Positions 63,457 to 64,000 of a stretch of 64,000 nt of DNA are shown in pieces (positions within the stretch are counted from its first letter, which is position 1; each line of letters starts with the position of its first letter). A program made the translations under genes and the position numbers. The notes beneath the pieces are model-generated. The model was not told where the DNA came from. It ran no database searches and saw only the letters and a list, made by a program, of their open reading frames with translations. This DNA is from Lobosporangium transversale (Eukaryota). Where the stretch lies: NCBI RefSeq assembly GCF_002105155.1, contig NW_019028980.1:930001-994000 (forward strand). Reading direction: 5' to 3'.

Positions 63457-64000
63457 TTAGGACCTACGCTTGACCCATCGCAGATAAGGTTCTGTTGCAG
63501 AGCTTGTTAGGATAGCGGCGGTGGTCAACCGCGGAAAGGATGGGGGCGAATCCTTTCCTGTAACAGGATGTTATCGACGTTAAACATGGTGGTGAGCTGT
63601 GGCGATGGTTACGCGACATTTGAAGGGGCTTACCGAGGGAAGGTGACAAGACTTATGGCGACTGTAAAAGCGATTCTCTCCGGACGTTGGAGCATCAAGT
63701 ACATTCTAGACTAGATATTTTTTTGAGTTTATAGCGTTGTTCGTTTAGAGAAACAGATTGTAATAAAAAAAAGAAAAAGTGGCTTAAAGCGGTCGCTTTG
63801 ATCAACAAAATGGAGGTTGTTTTTTCTTGCACACAACAGGTCGAGTAGGAAAATAAATCCTACATGACCTCGTGGGACATTATCACAAAAAAAAAAAAAA
63901 AAAAAAAAAAGAGTTTGCACATAGTGTTTGCAGGAAAGAAGAGAAACTAAACCAAACATTAGCAGCGTATGGGTTTTTGATCAGCAGACATGGTTTCCGC

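Overview
AT-rich, intron-containing eukaryotic DNA with very many poly(A)/poly(T) tracts and CAA/CAG microsatellites. Gene content and style suggest an early-diverging fungus, probably Mortierellaceae/Mucoromycota (inference). About 18 protein-coding genes were reconstructed by hand across GT-AG introns: EMC8/9, a greatly expanded Cks1-family protein, cytosolic aspartate aminotransferase, NAPE-PLD, an Lcb3-type sphingoid-phosphate phosphatase, a degenerate TBC protein, a GNAT, a Tco89-like protein, a Cys-rich/TM/SH3 receptor-like protein, two tandem aldo-keto reductases, a PPxY membrane protein, a WD40-bearing ATG16, a Kin4/Ppk1-like kinase and several low-complexity hypotheticals. There is also one tRNA-Arg(ACG) and a zone of decayed Ty3/gypsy and LINE-like remnants (45.2-48.7 kb). 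The most striking non-genic feature is a ~680 bp tRNA-headed, poly(A)-tailed SINE-like element with a perfect 21-bp target-site duplication, inserted about 100-125 bp upstream of the tRNA gene. All calls come from reading motifs by eye; no database searches were run.
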